Shown piece by piece: positions 9,318-19,552 of a stretch of 64,000 nt of DNA. The stretch is taken from contig CBDEUM010000039.1 in NCBI GenBank assembly GCA_965242925.1, positions 64,001-128,000 of the forward strand, in the 5' to 3' direction. A program made the position numbers and the translations under genes. The notes under the pieces are model-generated. The model saw only the letters and a program-made list of their open reading frames with translations, ran no database searches and was not told the origin of the DNA. How positions within the stretch are numbered: position 1 is the first letter of the stretch; the number at the start of each line of letters is the position of its first letter. The stretch comes from Roseibacillus sp. GTDB lineage: Bacteria; Verrucomicrobiota; Verrucomicrobiia; Verrucomicrobiales; Akkermansiaceae.

Positions 9318-10496
9318 ATGACTGCACGCGCCATAGGACTCGCTCTCGCCGTTACCCTCAGCGGATGTGACAACGGCGATCCCAAGACCGGAAAGAATCC
9401 CGAGTCTACACCTCCCGCGGCCGGGGTCATAGCCCGACACCAGCAAAACGATCCCCCGCTCCAGTCTCAACTCCCGGGTCCTCGTCAGCTTATCGGTTTG
9501 TGCTGGTTGGAACCGCCCTGCAATCCCTACCCTCCCCGACAACATGAAAACACAATTCTCATTGGCAGGTTCAATACACCTCCCGCGGCACGGGGCGGAA
9601 AAAACCCCCGAGCCCACGCCCCCCGAGCCCACGCCCCCCGAGGCCGATGCATTGCGCACGGAGATGTTTGCCGAAATGGCCCCCGAGCCCATTCCCTCGC
9701 ATGTCCCACCGTCAAAACCGATGCGGCCGAGGACGCTCACCGTGGAAATCACCGCCAGAATCGGGGTCTATCATCATCGGGGAAGACAAGCTCTGGCTCC
9801 CTGGGGGTGATGAGATCTCTCCCTGGTCCCACAATGAGGCCGCCTTCGCGCAAGGTGGTCCTCAGCCTCGACCTGCCCGAGGGGCCCGTCGAAGAACCGG
9901 CCACCGAGAAAGCCCCCACCGCCGGGGCCGAAACCAAAGCCAGGGTCACCCTGGAGACTTCCCACGGCACCATCATTCTTGAGCTCGATCCGGCCAAGGC
10001 TCCCCTCACCACCGGGAACTTCCTGAACTACGTGAACGAAGGATTCTATGACGGACTCATCTTTCACCGTGTGATCGACGGCTTTATGATCCAGGGAGGA
10101 GGATTTGCACTCGTCGAGGGCAAGGGGACGGAGAAGGAGACCAAGGCTCCCATCAGGAACGAGGGGAAGAACGGCCTCAGGAACATGCGGGGTACAATCT
10201 CAATGGCTCGCACCGACGCACCTGACAGTGCCACATCCCAGTTCTTCATCAATGTAGCAGACAACCCCAGCCTCGATCCGAAGAGCGCGGCGAACCCCCA
10301 GGGATTCAGTCCGGATGGCTATGCTGTCTTCGGCAAGGTGGTGGAAGGCATGGATGTGGTGGACAAGATCAAACAGGTCGACACCGGCGTGAAGCGCCTC
10401 CAGGCGCGCGACCGGGCCGGCCAACTTGTCGAGCAACCCATGGAGGACGTTCCGCTGCAGGATGTTGTGATCAAGAAAGCTACTGCAGGCCAATAG
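9318..10496 (+). CDS. Cyclophilin-type peptidyl-prolyl isomerase, probable lipoprotein; linker carries two anomalous insertions
   Basis: Lipobox LSGC; cyclophilin domain from about 9940 ([49 protein letters not shown]). Confidence 0.88.
   Translation: MTARAIGLALAVTLSGCDNGDPKTGKNPESTPPAAGVIARHQQNDPPLQSQLPGPRQLIGLCWLEPPCNPYPPRQHENTILIGRFNTPPAARGGKNPRAHAPRAHAPRGRCIAHGDVCRNGPRAHSLACPTVKTDAAEDAHRGNHRQNRGLSSSGKTSSGSLGVMRSLPGPTMRPPSRKVVLSLDLPEGPVEEPATEKAPTAGAETKARVTLETSHGTIILELDPAKAPLTTGNFLNYVNEGFYDGLIFHRVIDGFMIQGGGFALVEGKGTEKETKAPIRNEGKNGLRNMRGTISMARTDAPDSATSQFFINVADNPSLDPKSAANPQGFSPDGYAVFGKVVEGMDVVDKIKQVDTGVKRLQARDRAGQLVEQPMEDVPLQDVVIKKATAGQ
9407..9595. repeat. Direct repeat tacacctcccgcggc(a)cgggg at 9407 and 9575
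   Basis: 15-bp exact match at 9407-9421 and 9575-9589, extending to about 20 bp with one indel. Confidence 0.8.
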
Positions 10497-10559
10497 GCTG
10501 CCAACCGCACCCGGCTCGTTCCCGTTCCGGGAGGGTCCCCGGCAACCAGGCCCTCCATC

Positions 10560-11339
10560 ATGCCCTGGCTCTTTCCAATTCTCGCTTACCTCGTCGGTTC
10601 CATTCCCTTCGGGGTTCTTATCGCAAGGTCCAGGGGAGTCGACATCCGGCAGCATGGATCGGGCAATGTGGGGGCTACCAATGTCTTCAGGGTGATCGGA
10701 AGGAGCTTCGGCATTTTCTGCCTCCTGCTCGATTTCCTCAAGGGGTTCCTGCCGGTTGTCCTCGCCACCAACCTCCTGCGGGTCGCCGGGGAGACCCCGG
10801 CCGTGCCCCTCCCCTTCCTCTGGGACTTCACCGGGGAGCTCCCAGCCGACCGGCAACTCTACGTTCACAGCATCCAGGTGCTCACCGCGCTCGCCGCCAT
10901 CATGGGCCACAACTACTCAATCTTTCTGCGCGGAAAGGGAGGCAAGGGTATCGCCACCTCCGCCGGGGTCCTGATGGCCCTCATGCCTCTGATCCTCCTC
11001 GGCACGTTCCTCGTCTTCTCAGCCACCTTCTACTTCAGCGGCTACGTCAGCCTGGGAAGCATGGCAGGGGCTCTCAGCATCCCCATCCTGCGTCATCTGG
11101 CAGACCATCTCCACCATATCGGCGGCGACAAATCTCAACCTTCACTCTGGGAAGCGGGAACCTGGAACAAACCGCTCATGGTTTTCGCTCTCATCGCCGC
11201 CGCCCTTGCAGTCTGGCGACACCGCTCTAACATCCAACGCATCCTGGCCGGAACCGAGGACCGCCTCTCAAGCCGGATACAAAAGACTTCCCGAACCGGG
11301 CGAAATCCTGAACAGAAAGGAAGCGACCATGAATCCTGA
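10560..11339 (+). CDS. plsY: Glycerol-3-phosphate 1-O-acyltransferase
   Basis: AYLVGSIPFG, DIRQHGSGNVGATNVFR, GHNYSIFLRGKGGKGIAT, RHRSNIQRILAGTE. Confidence 0.95.
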   Translation: MPWLFPILAYLVGSIPFGVLIARSRGVDIRQHGSGNVGATNVFRVIGRSFGIFCLLLDFLKGFLPVVLATNLLRVAGETPAVPLPFLWDFTGELPADRQLYVHSIQVLTALAAIMGHNYSIFLRGKGGKGIATSAGVLMALMPLILLGTFLVFSATFYFSGYVSLGSMAGALSIPILRHLADHLHHIGGDKSQPSLWEAGTWNKPLMVFALIAAALAVWRHRSNIQRILAGTEDRLSSRIQKTSRTGRNPEQKGSDHES

Positions 11340-12354
11340 TACCTTTCCTTCTTCCCCCCGGGTGGTCATTGTCGGATGCGGATCGTGGGGAACCGCACTG
11401 GCCACCGTCCTCTCCCACACTGCCTCCCGGGTCACCCTCATCGGGCGCAATGCCGAGGTCATCGAGGACATCAATTCAAACCATCGCAACGAGCGTTATC
11501 TTTCCGGGGGGCTGCTCGCTACGTCCATCACGGCCAGCGATGACCTCGCAGTCGCCTGCGACGCGGACCTCATCCTCTTTGTCGTTCCAAGCTCCGCCAC
11601 CAGGACTATCGCCGGGCAACTGGCTACCCTCGAACTCAAACCCCAGGCCATCCTGATGGCCTGCTCCAAGGGTATCGAACGAGGTACGGGGCAACGCATG
11701 TCCGAGATCATCGGCGAACTCCTTCCCACCCACCCACTCTCCGTCCTCTCCGGCCCCAACCACGCCGAAGAAGTCTGCAAGGGATTGGCCACCGCCACCG
11801 TGATTGGATCACAGGACGATGAAACAAGATCCTGCCTGCAGCACCTCTTTACCACGCCCACCTTCCGCTCCTATACCTGCAACGACCTCGCCGGCATGGA
11901 GTGGGGCGGTGCCATCAAGAACGTCTTTGCCATCGCCTCCGGCATCGCCTCCGGCATCGGCCTCGGCGACAACGCCACCGCCGCCCTCATCACCCGTGGC
12001 CTCGCCGAAATGATCCGCCTCGGCACCACCCTTGGCGGACAATCCGACACCTTTATCGGCCTCTCCGGGGTGGGCGATCTCATCGCCACCTGCTACTCAC
12101 ACCACTCGCGTAATTTCCGTGCCGGAATCTCCATCGGAAAGGGCAACACCGTCCAGCAGACGCTCGATGCCGAGGGAATGGTGGTAGAAGGCATCCCCAA
12201 TTGTCAGTCCATTCATGAGGTCGCCCGCCGTAGTGGCGTACGCACTCCCCTCATCGACTCGGTTTACAGCATCCTCTACCAGGACAAACCCGCTGCCGAG
12301 GCACTGCAGGAACTCCTCACCCGCGCACCACGCTCGGAGGCCGAGAACTGCTGA
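11329..12354 (+). CDS. gpsA: NAD(P)H-dependent glycerol-3-phosphate dehydrogenase
   Basis: GCGSWGTALA, SKGIE, LSGPNHAEE, GGAIKNVFAIASG, GLSGVGDLIATC, SRN; ATG 11329 follows AAGGAAG and overlaps the plsY end. Confidence 0.95.
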   Translation: MNPDTFPSSPRVVIVGCGSWGTALATVLSHTASRVTLIGRNAEVIEDINSNHRNERYLSGGLLATSITASDDLAVACDADLILFVVPSSATRTIAGQLATLELKPQAILMACSKGIERGTGQRMSEIIGELLPTHPLSVLSGPNHAEEVCKGLATATVIGSQDDETRSCLQHLFTTPTFRSYTCNDLAGMEWGGAIKNVFAIASGIASGIGLGDNATAALITRGLAEMIRLGTTLGGQSDTFIGLSGVGDLIATCYSHHSRNFRAGISIGKGNTVQQTLDAEGMVVEGIPNCQSIHEVARRSGVRTPLIDSVYSILYQDKPAAEALQELLTRAPRSEAENC

Positions 12355-12489
12355 TCGTCCCTCTTTGCCCGCCTCTTCTCCTTCTCCCTGTCCAGGGCAG
12401 CCGCCATTCAAGCCCCTGCTCTACTCCTCGCCAGTGGCGCACATCTCCCTAGCGTTACCCGGATTTATGGGTTACTAATCCCCGTTCCC

Positions 12490-13842
12490 ATGAGTGACCA
12501 GGAATCGAGCGCAGCCCAGTGGCGTCGCCTAGCCCGCCATGTCTCCGCCAAGATCAATATGGCCTGGTGGTTCGACAAGCTGGCGGTACCCCTGCTGGTC
12601 AGCAGCCTGATCGGCTCCTGCCTCATTCTGATGGCACGCCGTGAGCTGGTGCAATTCCCGTGGACAAAGACCGTGATTATCGGTCTGGTGCTGCTGCTTG
12701 GAATGGGGCTCATGGCCTGGTGGCGGGCCCGCAGCCATTTCGAATCTCCCGCTCGTGCCCTGGTCCGGATCGAAGCCAGCATGAGAATGCGCAACTCCCT
12801 CAGTGCGGCCAAGCAGGGCGTCACCCCCTGGCCGAGTCTCCCCGAGACCATCGATGACGGCACCCGCTGGCGCTGGTCCCGTCTCCTCGCTCCCTTGCTT
12901 GCCGCCGTCCTCTTTCTCGGCACCAGCCTTTTCCTTCCGGTATCGGCCAGGACCGACTCCGGCGAAGGTCCGCTCGACGAACCCCAGCCCTGGAAGGATC
13001 TGCAGGCTGACATCGAGGCTCTCGGAGAGGACAACACCGTCCAGGAAGAGTACCTCAAGGAGTTGGAGAATCGTCTCGATCAACTGCGCAGACAGAAAGA
13101 GCAGGAGTGGTACAGCCACTCCAGCGTGGAAGCCACCGATGCTCTCCGGAAAATGCACGGCAGTGAACTGGAACGCATGGAGCGCAACCTTCGCAAAGCC
13201 GAGCGAGCTCTCAACAACCTGCAGAAGGCTGATGGCAAAATGAGCGATGCAGGCAAGCAGCGCATGCTCAACGAATTTGAAAAAGCCCTGCAGGGGCTGG
13301 ACCAGGGCAAGATGAAACCCAACCAGGAACTGCTCGACCAGTTGAAGGAACTCGATCCCGGAAATCTGGAACAACTCAGCGGGGAAAAGCTCGACCAACT
13401 CCGCGAAAACATGAAACAGCATGCGAAGAACTGTCAGCAGTGCCAGGGAGGCGGTGAACCGGGAGGTCAGGGCCAGGGTGACGGCGAGGACTGGCTGGAC
13501 GACCTCCTCAATGAAGGGCCGGGAAATGGTGGACCGCAGGAGGAACAACCGGGAGGAAACGGCGGACGCAACCGCGGACCGGGCCCTGCTCCCGGCGTGC
13601 TCGGACAAATCTCTCCCGACGTGAACTCCGGTGACTTGGAAGGCCTGGAATCAAAGGATCTGAGCAAGTCGCTGCCAGGTGATCTCCTCGAACTCAACGA
13701 CGGTGAACACGAGGTAGACAGGAGCAAGGTCGGGCTCCGCACCGGCGGAAACGTGGGGGGTGAGGCCAAAGGCGGTGCCCGGGTGTGGAAAGATTCTCTT
13801 CTTCCCTCCGAGAAGAGCGCTCTCAAGGAGTTCTTCAAGTAA
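12490..13842 (+). CDS. Membrane-anchored coiled-coil protein with Gly-rich tail (MoxR-cluster accessory)
   Basis: Three hydrophobic helices, long E/K/Q/L coiled coil, Gly/Pro-rich segment, C-terminal LPSEKSALKEFFK; lies upstream of MoxR. Confidence 0.75.
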   Translation: MSDQESSAAQWRRLARHVSAKINMAWWFDKLAVPLLVSSLIGSCLILMARRELVQFPWTKTVIIGLVLLLGMGLMAWWRARSHFESPARALVRIEASMRMRNSLSAAKQGVTPWPSLPETIDDGTRWRWSRLLAPLLAAVLFLGTSLFLPVSARTDSGEGPLDEPQPWKDLQADIEALGEDNTVQEEYLKELENRLDQLRRQKEQEWYSHSSVEATDALRKMHGSELERMERNLRKAERALNNLQKADGKMSDAGKQRMLNEFEKALQGLDQGKMKPNQELLDQLKELDPGNLEQLSGEKLDQLRENMKQHAKNCQQCQGGGEPGGQGQGDGEDWLDDLLNEGPGNGGPQEEQPGGNGGRNRGPGPAPGVLGQISPDVNSGDLEGLESKDLSKSLPGDLLELNDGEHEVDRSKVGLRTGGNVGGEAKGGARVWKDSLLPSEKSALKEFFK

Positions 13843-14065
13843 TCCAGCACCCCCCCCCAGATGACCGACAGTGGGGCTGCAGACGTGCAATCGGATGTCA
13901 CCCGGCATTCCCTCCGGTCAGGGGACGCGGGGATTGATACTTTACTGCCCACGGCGATGACCGTCTACTGCCTGCCCTCCAGTTTGCCCCCGTCCGCTCC
14001 CTCCCCGATCCCCGTCCCTGATTCTTCAACCGCTGACCACCGACAGTCCACCGCCCCCTGATTCC

Positions 14066-15082
14066 ATGGAGCACGCCTCGGAAACCGAAGTCACCGATGC
14101 CGGCAAGCACGTCCGGTCCCTTGCCAATGCCCTGCACCAGGTTCTCTTTGGTCAGGAAGAACTCATCCAGCTGGTCCTCACCGGCATTCTTTCGCGTGGC
14201 CACATTCTTCTCGAAGGTCTTCCCGGCCTGGGGAAAACAGAACTCGTTAAGGGGCTCTCCCGAATCCTCCATCTGGACACCAAGCGCATCCAGTTCACTC
14301 CCGATCTCCTGCCGGGAGATATCACGGGAAATCCCGTCCTTCAGGAAGTGGATGGCCAGCGCAAGTTCATCTTCCAGCCCGGCCCGCTCTTCACCAACAT
14401 TGTCCTCGCTGACGAGATCAACCGGGCCTCTCCCAAGACCCAGTCCGCCCTGCTTGAGGCCATGCAGGAACGCCGGGTCACTGTCCTGGGACAAACCCAC
14501 CAGCTTCCCTCCCCCTTCTTTGTCCTCGCCACCCAGAACCCGATCGAACTGGAGGGCACCTACCCGCTCCCGGAAGCACAGCTCGACCGCTTCCTGTTCA
14601 AACTGGAAGTCACTCGCAATGACGTCGCCACCCTTGAACGCATCGTGAATGACCGCGAACTCGGCACCGAACCCGAGGTGAAGGCCATCATGGACGAAAC
14701 TACGCTGGAGGAGGTACTTTCACTGGTCCGTCGTATTTTCCTCCCGGAAGTGGTCGGCAACTATATCGCCCGCCTGGTGGACGCCACCCACCCCGGCCAG
14801 TCAAATGCCGCCCGCAACATCAAATACGGCTCCAGTCCGCGGGCCGCTCTTTCCCTTGCCGCCTCCGCAAGGGCGCACGCACTCATGAGCGAGCGCACTC
14901 ACGCCAGCTTCGAGGATGTCAAGTTCGTGGCTCCCTCCGTCCTTCGCCATCGTGTCATCCTTGATTACAACGCGCGGGTGGAGGGCCTCACCGCCAATGA
15001 AGTCATCGCCTCCCTCCTGGAAGAGATTCCCTTCCAGGCGGGCACCACTCCCAGGACCCTGCATCAAACCTCCTCCACCTGA
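14066..15082 (+). CDS. MoxR-family AAA+ ATPase
   Basis: GHILLEGLPGLGKT, RIQFTPDLLPGDITG, LADEINRASPKTQSALLEAMQE, ATQNPIELEGTYPLPEAQLDRF. Confidence 0.96.
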   Translation: MEHASETEVTDAGKHVRSLANALHQVLFGQEELIQLVLTGILSRGHILLEGLPGLGKTELVKGLSRILHLDTKRIQFTPDLLPGDITGNPVLQEVDGQRKFIFQPGPLFTNIVLADEINRASPKTQSALLEAMQERRVTVLGQTHQLPSPFFVLATQNPIELEGTYPLPEAQLDRFLFKLEVTRNDVATLERIVNDRELGTEPEVKAIMDETTLEEVLSLVRRIFLPEVVGNYIARLVDATHPGQSNAARNIKYGSSPRAALSLAASARAHALMSERTHASFEDVKFVAPSVLRHRVILDYNARVEGLTANEVIASLLEEIPFQAGTTPRTLHQTSST

Positions 15083-15093
15083 TTCTCTTACGC

Positions 15094-16935
15094 ATGAGGA
15101 ATCGGATACTCATCCTCCTCGCCCTCGCCGCACTGAATGCCCCGCTTCAGGTCGCAAACGCCCAGGCTTCGCAAGCCCTCATCAGGGAGACCTACAACGC
15201 CAAGGGAAAACCGGCAATCTCCCTGGAAGTCACTCCCCTCCTCACCCAGCTCCCCTCCTCCGGCTACTTCCCACTTCGCGTCAAGATCACCAATGACAGC
15301 AAGGCCAGCCGCACGTGGATGTTCGGGTTCACTTCGCGCGACTTCAATCCCGGTGGAGAGGGAAACGAACTCAAGTCCGAGTTTTCCGTGAAGTGCGATT
15401 CGCAGGCCGTAGCCGAAGTCGACCTGCTGGTCCCCCTGATAAGCGTCTTTCTGGAAAAAGGCTCCATCGAACTCGACATTGAGGTGAGCGCACCCGCTCC
15501 CTTCCCGGGCTCGAGGGAAACGATCTCAACGGAGTCCCATCATGACTGGCCCTCCGTAATGTGCAGCGAGACCATTCACAGCCGCAACGGGAACAAACTC
15601 GACAACGCGGTAGATTCCTCCCTCGGGGCCGCGCCCCATCCCGGTGTTTTCACCGGATCGGGGGGCTATGTCGGCATGGGCCTTGAGTTCGGAGCCAGCT
15701 TCAGCCCCAGGACCATGCCGGACGACTGGCGCGCCTACAGCGGCTACGACGCCTGTCTCCTGACCGACGGCGACTGGAACGACCTCCCGGTGGGAGCCAG
15801 GAGCGCCCTGCGCAAGTGGAATCGCCTGGGAGGAGTCCTCCTCGTCTACACCACCAACCCCGCAACCGATCTCAACAGCCTGGGCCTGGAGAAGGGTGCG
15901 GCGGGAGCTTCCCGTGCCGATTTCGGCTGGGGCACCGTGCGCCTCCAGAGCTTCCCCGACAGCGGTCTTCTTGAGGCCGAAGAGACAGTCAAACTCGTGC
16001 GCGACACCATCAGTCACACCGGCGGGCATCGTGCTCGAAACCTGCGGAGCAACTTCCACCCCCACTGGCCCCTTCAGGTAGCCTTCGGGGAAAAAACCTT
16101 CCATATCGCCTTTTTCATCCTCGTTCTCATCATCTTCGGGATTCTGGTCGGACCGGTGAATCTCTTCGTCTTTGCGCGGGCCGGACACCGGCACAAACTC
16201 TTCGTCACCACCCCTCTTATCTCACTTGGTGCAAGCACCATCCTGGTGGTGCTCATCCTCTTCCAGGATGGATTCGGGGGACGTGGCCAGCGTCTCGTCC
16301 TCCACGAGGTCGGCCCCGACAACACGGCTTACATTTCGCAGGAGCAGATCGCCCGCACCGGAGTCCTCCTGAAGACCGACTTCACCACCAGCGAACACGG
16401 TTACCTCAGCCCCGTCATACTCGCCAATTCACGCTGGGCCCGCATCACCGAGGAAAACAGTGGCGGCAACAGCCGTTACAATGTCGCCCTTGACGAGTCG
16501 GGTCTCAAGGCCACCGGCGACTGGTTCCAGAGTCGCAGCGAACACGGACACCTCTTCGAAACCATCCGTCCCTCCCGCGGCCGCCTGAATCTCGTCCGCA
16601 GTCCGGCAGCACCCACCATCAACTCGACATTCGAATTTCCCCTCGACGAGATCTTCTACCGTGACGGCAACGGCGGGATCTGGCGGGGCAGCGACGTTCA
16701 ACAGGGCCGCAATGTCTCACTCACGCCCTCTGACAAACAGGAGTTCGCTGACTGGTTCCGCCAGCAACGGGACCGCTTCGCCCGCCGCAACCAGGCGCGC
16801 CTTGATCTGTGCCGTAACCGACGGGGCCATTTCTTCGCCGTCTCCACCAGGGCCGAGGGGGTGAGCACCCTGAAGACCCTCGACTGGGAGGACACCTACA
16901 CCTTTCTCACCGGCCAGGTCCCCACTGGGAATTGA
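15094..16935 (+). CDS. Exported/membrane protein of unknown function (MoxR cluster)
   Basis: Signal peptide, large N-terminal domain, two TM helices (IAFFILVLIIFGILVGPVNLF; PLISLGASTILVVLILF), C-terminal domain; 11 bp after MoxR. Confidence 0.8.
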   Translation: MRNRILILLALAALNAPLQVANAQASQALIRETYNAKGKPAISLEVTPLLTQLPSSGYFPLRVKITNDSKASRTWMFGFTSRDFNPGGEGNELKSEFSVKCDSQAVAEVDLLVPLISVFLEKGSIELDIEVSAPAPFPGSRETISTESHHDWPSVMCSETIHSRNGNKLDNAVDSSLGAAPHPGVFTGSGGYVGMGLEFGASFSPRTMPDDWRAYSGYDACLLTDGDWNDLPVGARSALRKWNRLGGVLLVYTTNPATDLNSLGLEKGAAGASRADFGWGTVRLQSFPDSGLLEAEETVKLVRDTISHTGGHRARNLRSNFHPHWPLQVAFGEKTFHIAFFILVLIIFGILVGPVNLFVFARAGHRHKLFVTTPLISLGASTILVVLILFQDGFGGRGQRLVLHEVGPDNTAYISQEQIARTGVLLKTDFTTSEHGYLSPVILANSRWARITEENSGGNSRYNVALDESGLKATGDWFQSRSEHGHLFETIRPSRGRLNLVRSPAAPTINSTFEFPLDEIFYRDGNGGIWRGSDVQQGRNVSLTPSDKQEFADWFRQQRDRFARRNQARLDLCRNRRGHFFAVSTRAEGVSTLKTLDWEDTYTFLTGQVPTGN

Positions 16936-16962
16936 GCCACGTTCCAAAATCCGAGAGCTTCC

Positions 16963-18006
16963 ATGTCCGTCGCCATTTCCGTCCGCAACCTCTTCCGCTA
17001 CTTCGGCCCCCTCAAGGCCGTCGACGGAGTGTCCTTCGACATTCCGCACGGCTCGGTGTGCGGGTTTGTGGGTGCAAATGGAGCGGGCAAGACCACGACC
17101 ATGCGCATGCTCGCCACCCTCGATTATCCCACCATGGGTTCTGCCGAGATCTGTGGCATCAACGTGGTCAACCACCCCGACAAGGTGCGCTCCCTCATCG
17201 GATGGATGCCAGATCATTTCGGGAACTACGAGCACATGACAGTGCTCGAATATCTCGATTTTTACGCCCGCGCGCTCGGCTACACCGGCGACGAACGCCG
17301 CAGCCGCCTCGAGGAGGTGATGGCATTCGCAGACCTCGTAGCCCTGGCTGACCGTCTCTCCAACAAGCTCTCCAAGGGCATGACCCAGCGTCTCTGCCTT
17401 GGCCGGGCCCTCCTGCATGACCCGCAGGTCCTCATCATGGACGAACCCGCCGCCGGCCTCGACCCCCGGGCCCGGGTGGAACTCAAGCACCTCATCCGCA
17501 TTCTGGCGGAGGAAGGAAAAACCATCTTCATCTCCTCTCACATCCTCTCCGAACTCGGTGAGATGTGTGACTCGTTGCTCTTCATCAATGCCGGCCGCAT
17601 CGTGCACCATGGCGATGCGGAGTCCCTTAAGCGGGGATCGGATACCTCCGGCGGCGTTTACTACGATGTCCAGGTCGACGGCAACCCGGAGTCCGTTTCC
17701 GACTGGGCCGTCCTCAACACCGACGTCGAGATCATGGAAGCCCGCAAGCGCGGTGCACGCATCCGGATTCCCTCCGCCGAGTCCGCCAGAGCCGCCGAGA
17801 TTCTCAGCCGCATGGTTCGGGAAGGTGTTCGCGTGATTGAATTCCACCGGGAAGAGCGCAATCTTGAGGACGCCTTTATCGACATCCTGGGAAAGATCGA
17901 AGAAGGAGAACCCGGGCTGACCCCGCCCCCCCAGCCAACCACTCCGGCTGGGAGTCCGCCGGACGATCCCGTCCCACCCGCCGAACCTCCTCCCCCTGTC
18001 GTCTAA
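16963..18006 (+). CDS. ABC transporter ATP-binding protein (ABC-2 exporter type)
   Basis: Walker A GANGAGKTT, signature LSKGM, Walker B LIMDEP, SSH switch; Pro-rich tail. Confidence 0.93.
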   Translation: MSVAISVRNLFRYFGPLKAVDGVSFDIPHGSVCGFVGANGAGKTTTMRMLATLDYPTMGSAEICGINVVNHPDKVRSLIGWMPDHFGNYEHMTVLEYLDFYARALGYTGDERRSRLEEVMAFADLVALADRLSNKLSKGMTQRLCLGRALLHDPQVLIMDEPAAGLDPRARVELKHLIRILAEEGKTIFISSHILSELGEMCDSLLFINAGRIVHHGDAESLKRGSDTSGGVYYDVQVDGNPESVSDWAVLNTDVEIMEARKRGARIRIPSAESARAAEILSRMVREGVRVIEFHREERNLEDAFIDILGKIEEGEPGLTPPPQPTTPAGSPPDDPVPPAEPPPPVV

Positions 18007-18027
18007 CTCCTCTTTCCCTCTACCGGC

Positions 18028-19533
18028 ATGGCGGAAACCAGCCCCAGTGCAACCACTCCTCCCAAGTTGCCCCCTCTTCCCCTCGAGCGTGTCAACGATT
18101 TCCCGGACCGGCTCAGCCCCATGCTGGTCAAGGAACTGCGCCAGGGACTCCGAACCAGCACCTTCGTCATTCTCTTCCTCGTGCTGCAGGGACTCCTCGC
18201 CATCGTCCTCCTGATCGCCACTCCCCTCGCCATTGCTGAGGGCAGCGTCTCCGGCACGATCGGCGAGGTCGTCTCCAAGATCGTCTTCTGCATCTATGCT
18301 CTGGGAATCCTCGTGGTGCAACCGCTGCGGGGAATCTCGGCGGTGACGACCGAAATCAGACAGAACACAATCGACCTGATGGTCCTTACCCGCCTCAGTG
18401 CCTGGCGCATTGTATATGGCAAGTGGCTTTCGATCGTGAGTCAGTCCGCCCTCATTGCCCTTGCCATTCTTCCCTACCTCATCCTCCGTTACTCCTTCGG
18501 TGGCATGCAACTCTTCTCGGAGCTCGCTCTCATGGCCTACCTCTTCTTCATCTCGGGGACGCTGACGGCCTTCACGGTGGGCCTGTCCGCCACCGGCTCC
18601 GCCCTCCTGCGCGGACTGGTGGTGGTGGGAGGCTCCGCAATCATGATGGGCTACATCTTCTTCAGCCTCCACCGCCAGATCCCGGAATTCGTTGAGATTC
18701 TCAGCTTCACCCGGAGTGACCAATCTCTGACCGCCCTCGCCATCCTCGCCATCGCGATCTACGCCAGCTATTTCTTCCTTGAAATCGGCACCACGGCCAT
18801 CGCTCCCACTTCCGAGAACCGGGCCACCCGTAAGCGCCTCATCGGCCTGGTCATCATGGCGGGGAGCTATCTCCTCCTCCATGCCGTCGATCCCGCCCTG
18901 GCTCTCCTCACCGCGCTCATCATTACCGGCTGCATCTCCCTCGATCTCTTCAGTGAGCGGGCCAGGTTTTCCTCCGTGATCTGTCGACGCTTCCTGCGGA
19001 TGGGACCGCTCGGTCGCGCAAGCGGCCGACTCCTCTATCCCGGCTGGGCCACCGGTTCGCTCTTTTTCCTCACCCTGGGCTTGGTTCTCTTTCTCCTGAT
19101 CTTCCTCACCAACCCCGATCCCCGGAGCTACACCTACGCCGCAATTGGCCTTGGCACCCTTGCCTTTCCCGCCGCCCTGATCCAGCTCTTCGCACGCGAC
19201 TCCTCCAACCGCTTCAGCCTCTACCTCACTCTCCTCCTCCTCTGTTTTGTCCTGAGCGCCATCCTCTCTGAGCTTTACGGGGTCGTCCCCGAGAAACTAC
19301 TCCTCTGGGTCTTCAGTTTCATCCCCGCGGTGCTCCTGCCCGTCGCCGGTCAATCTGCCTCCTCCCCGGACCAATCCACCGTCCTCCTTGTCTCCTCCAT
19401 CGTCACCGGCATTTATCTCCTCATCATTCTTGGTGGGTCCCTTCCCCACGTGGTAGGCCTCTCCAGACTCGAAGCCGAAGCCCTCGAGGACCTCGACGCC
19501 CAGGACCTCGCAGAGGTGAGCCCCGACCACTGA
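18028..19533 (+). CDS. ABC-2-type permease-like polytopic membrane protein
   Basis: SPMLVKELRQGLR, ISAVTTEIRQNTIDLMVLTRLSAWRIVYGK (typical ABC-2 loop), about 12 hydrophobic segments. Confidence 0.8.
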   Translation: MAETSPSATTPPKLPPLPLERVNDFPDRLSPMLVKELRQGLRTSTFVILFLVLQGLLAIVLLIATPLAIAEGSVSGTIGEVVSKIVFCIYALGILVVQPLRGISAVTTEIRQNTIDLMVLTRLSAWRIVYGKWLSIVSQSALIALAILPYLILRYSFGGMQLFSELALMAYLFFISGTLTAFTVGLSATGSALLRGLVVVGGSAIMMGYIFFSLHRQIPEFVEILSFTRSDQSLTALAILAIAIYASYFFLEIGTTAIAPTSENRATRKRLIGLVIMAGSYLLLHAVDPALALLTALIITGCISLDLFSERARFSSVICRRFLRMGPLGRASGRLLYPGWATGSLFFLTLGLVLFLLIFLTNPDPRSYTYAAIGLGTLAFPAALIQLFARDSSNRFSLYLTLLLLCFVLSAILSELYGVVPEKLLLWVFSFIPAVLLPVAGQSASSPDQSTVLLVSSIVTGIYLLIILGGSLPHVVGLSRLEAEALEDLDAQDLAEVSPDH

Positions 19534-19552
19534 CACCCGAACCCTGCAACCC

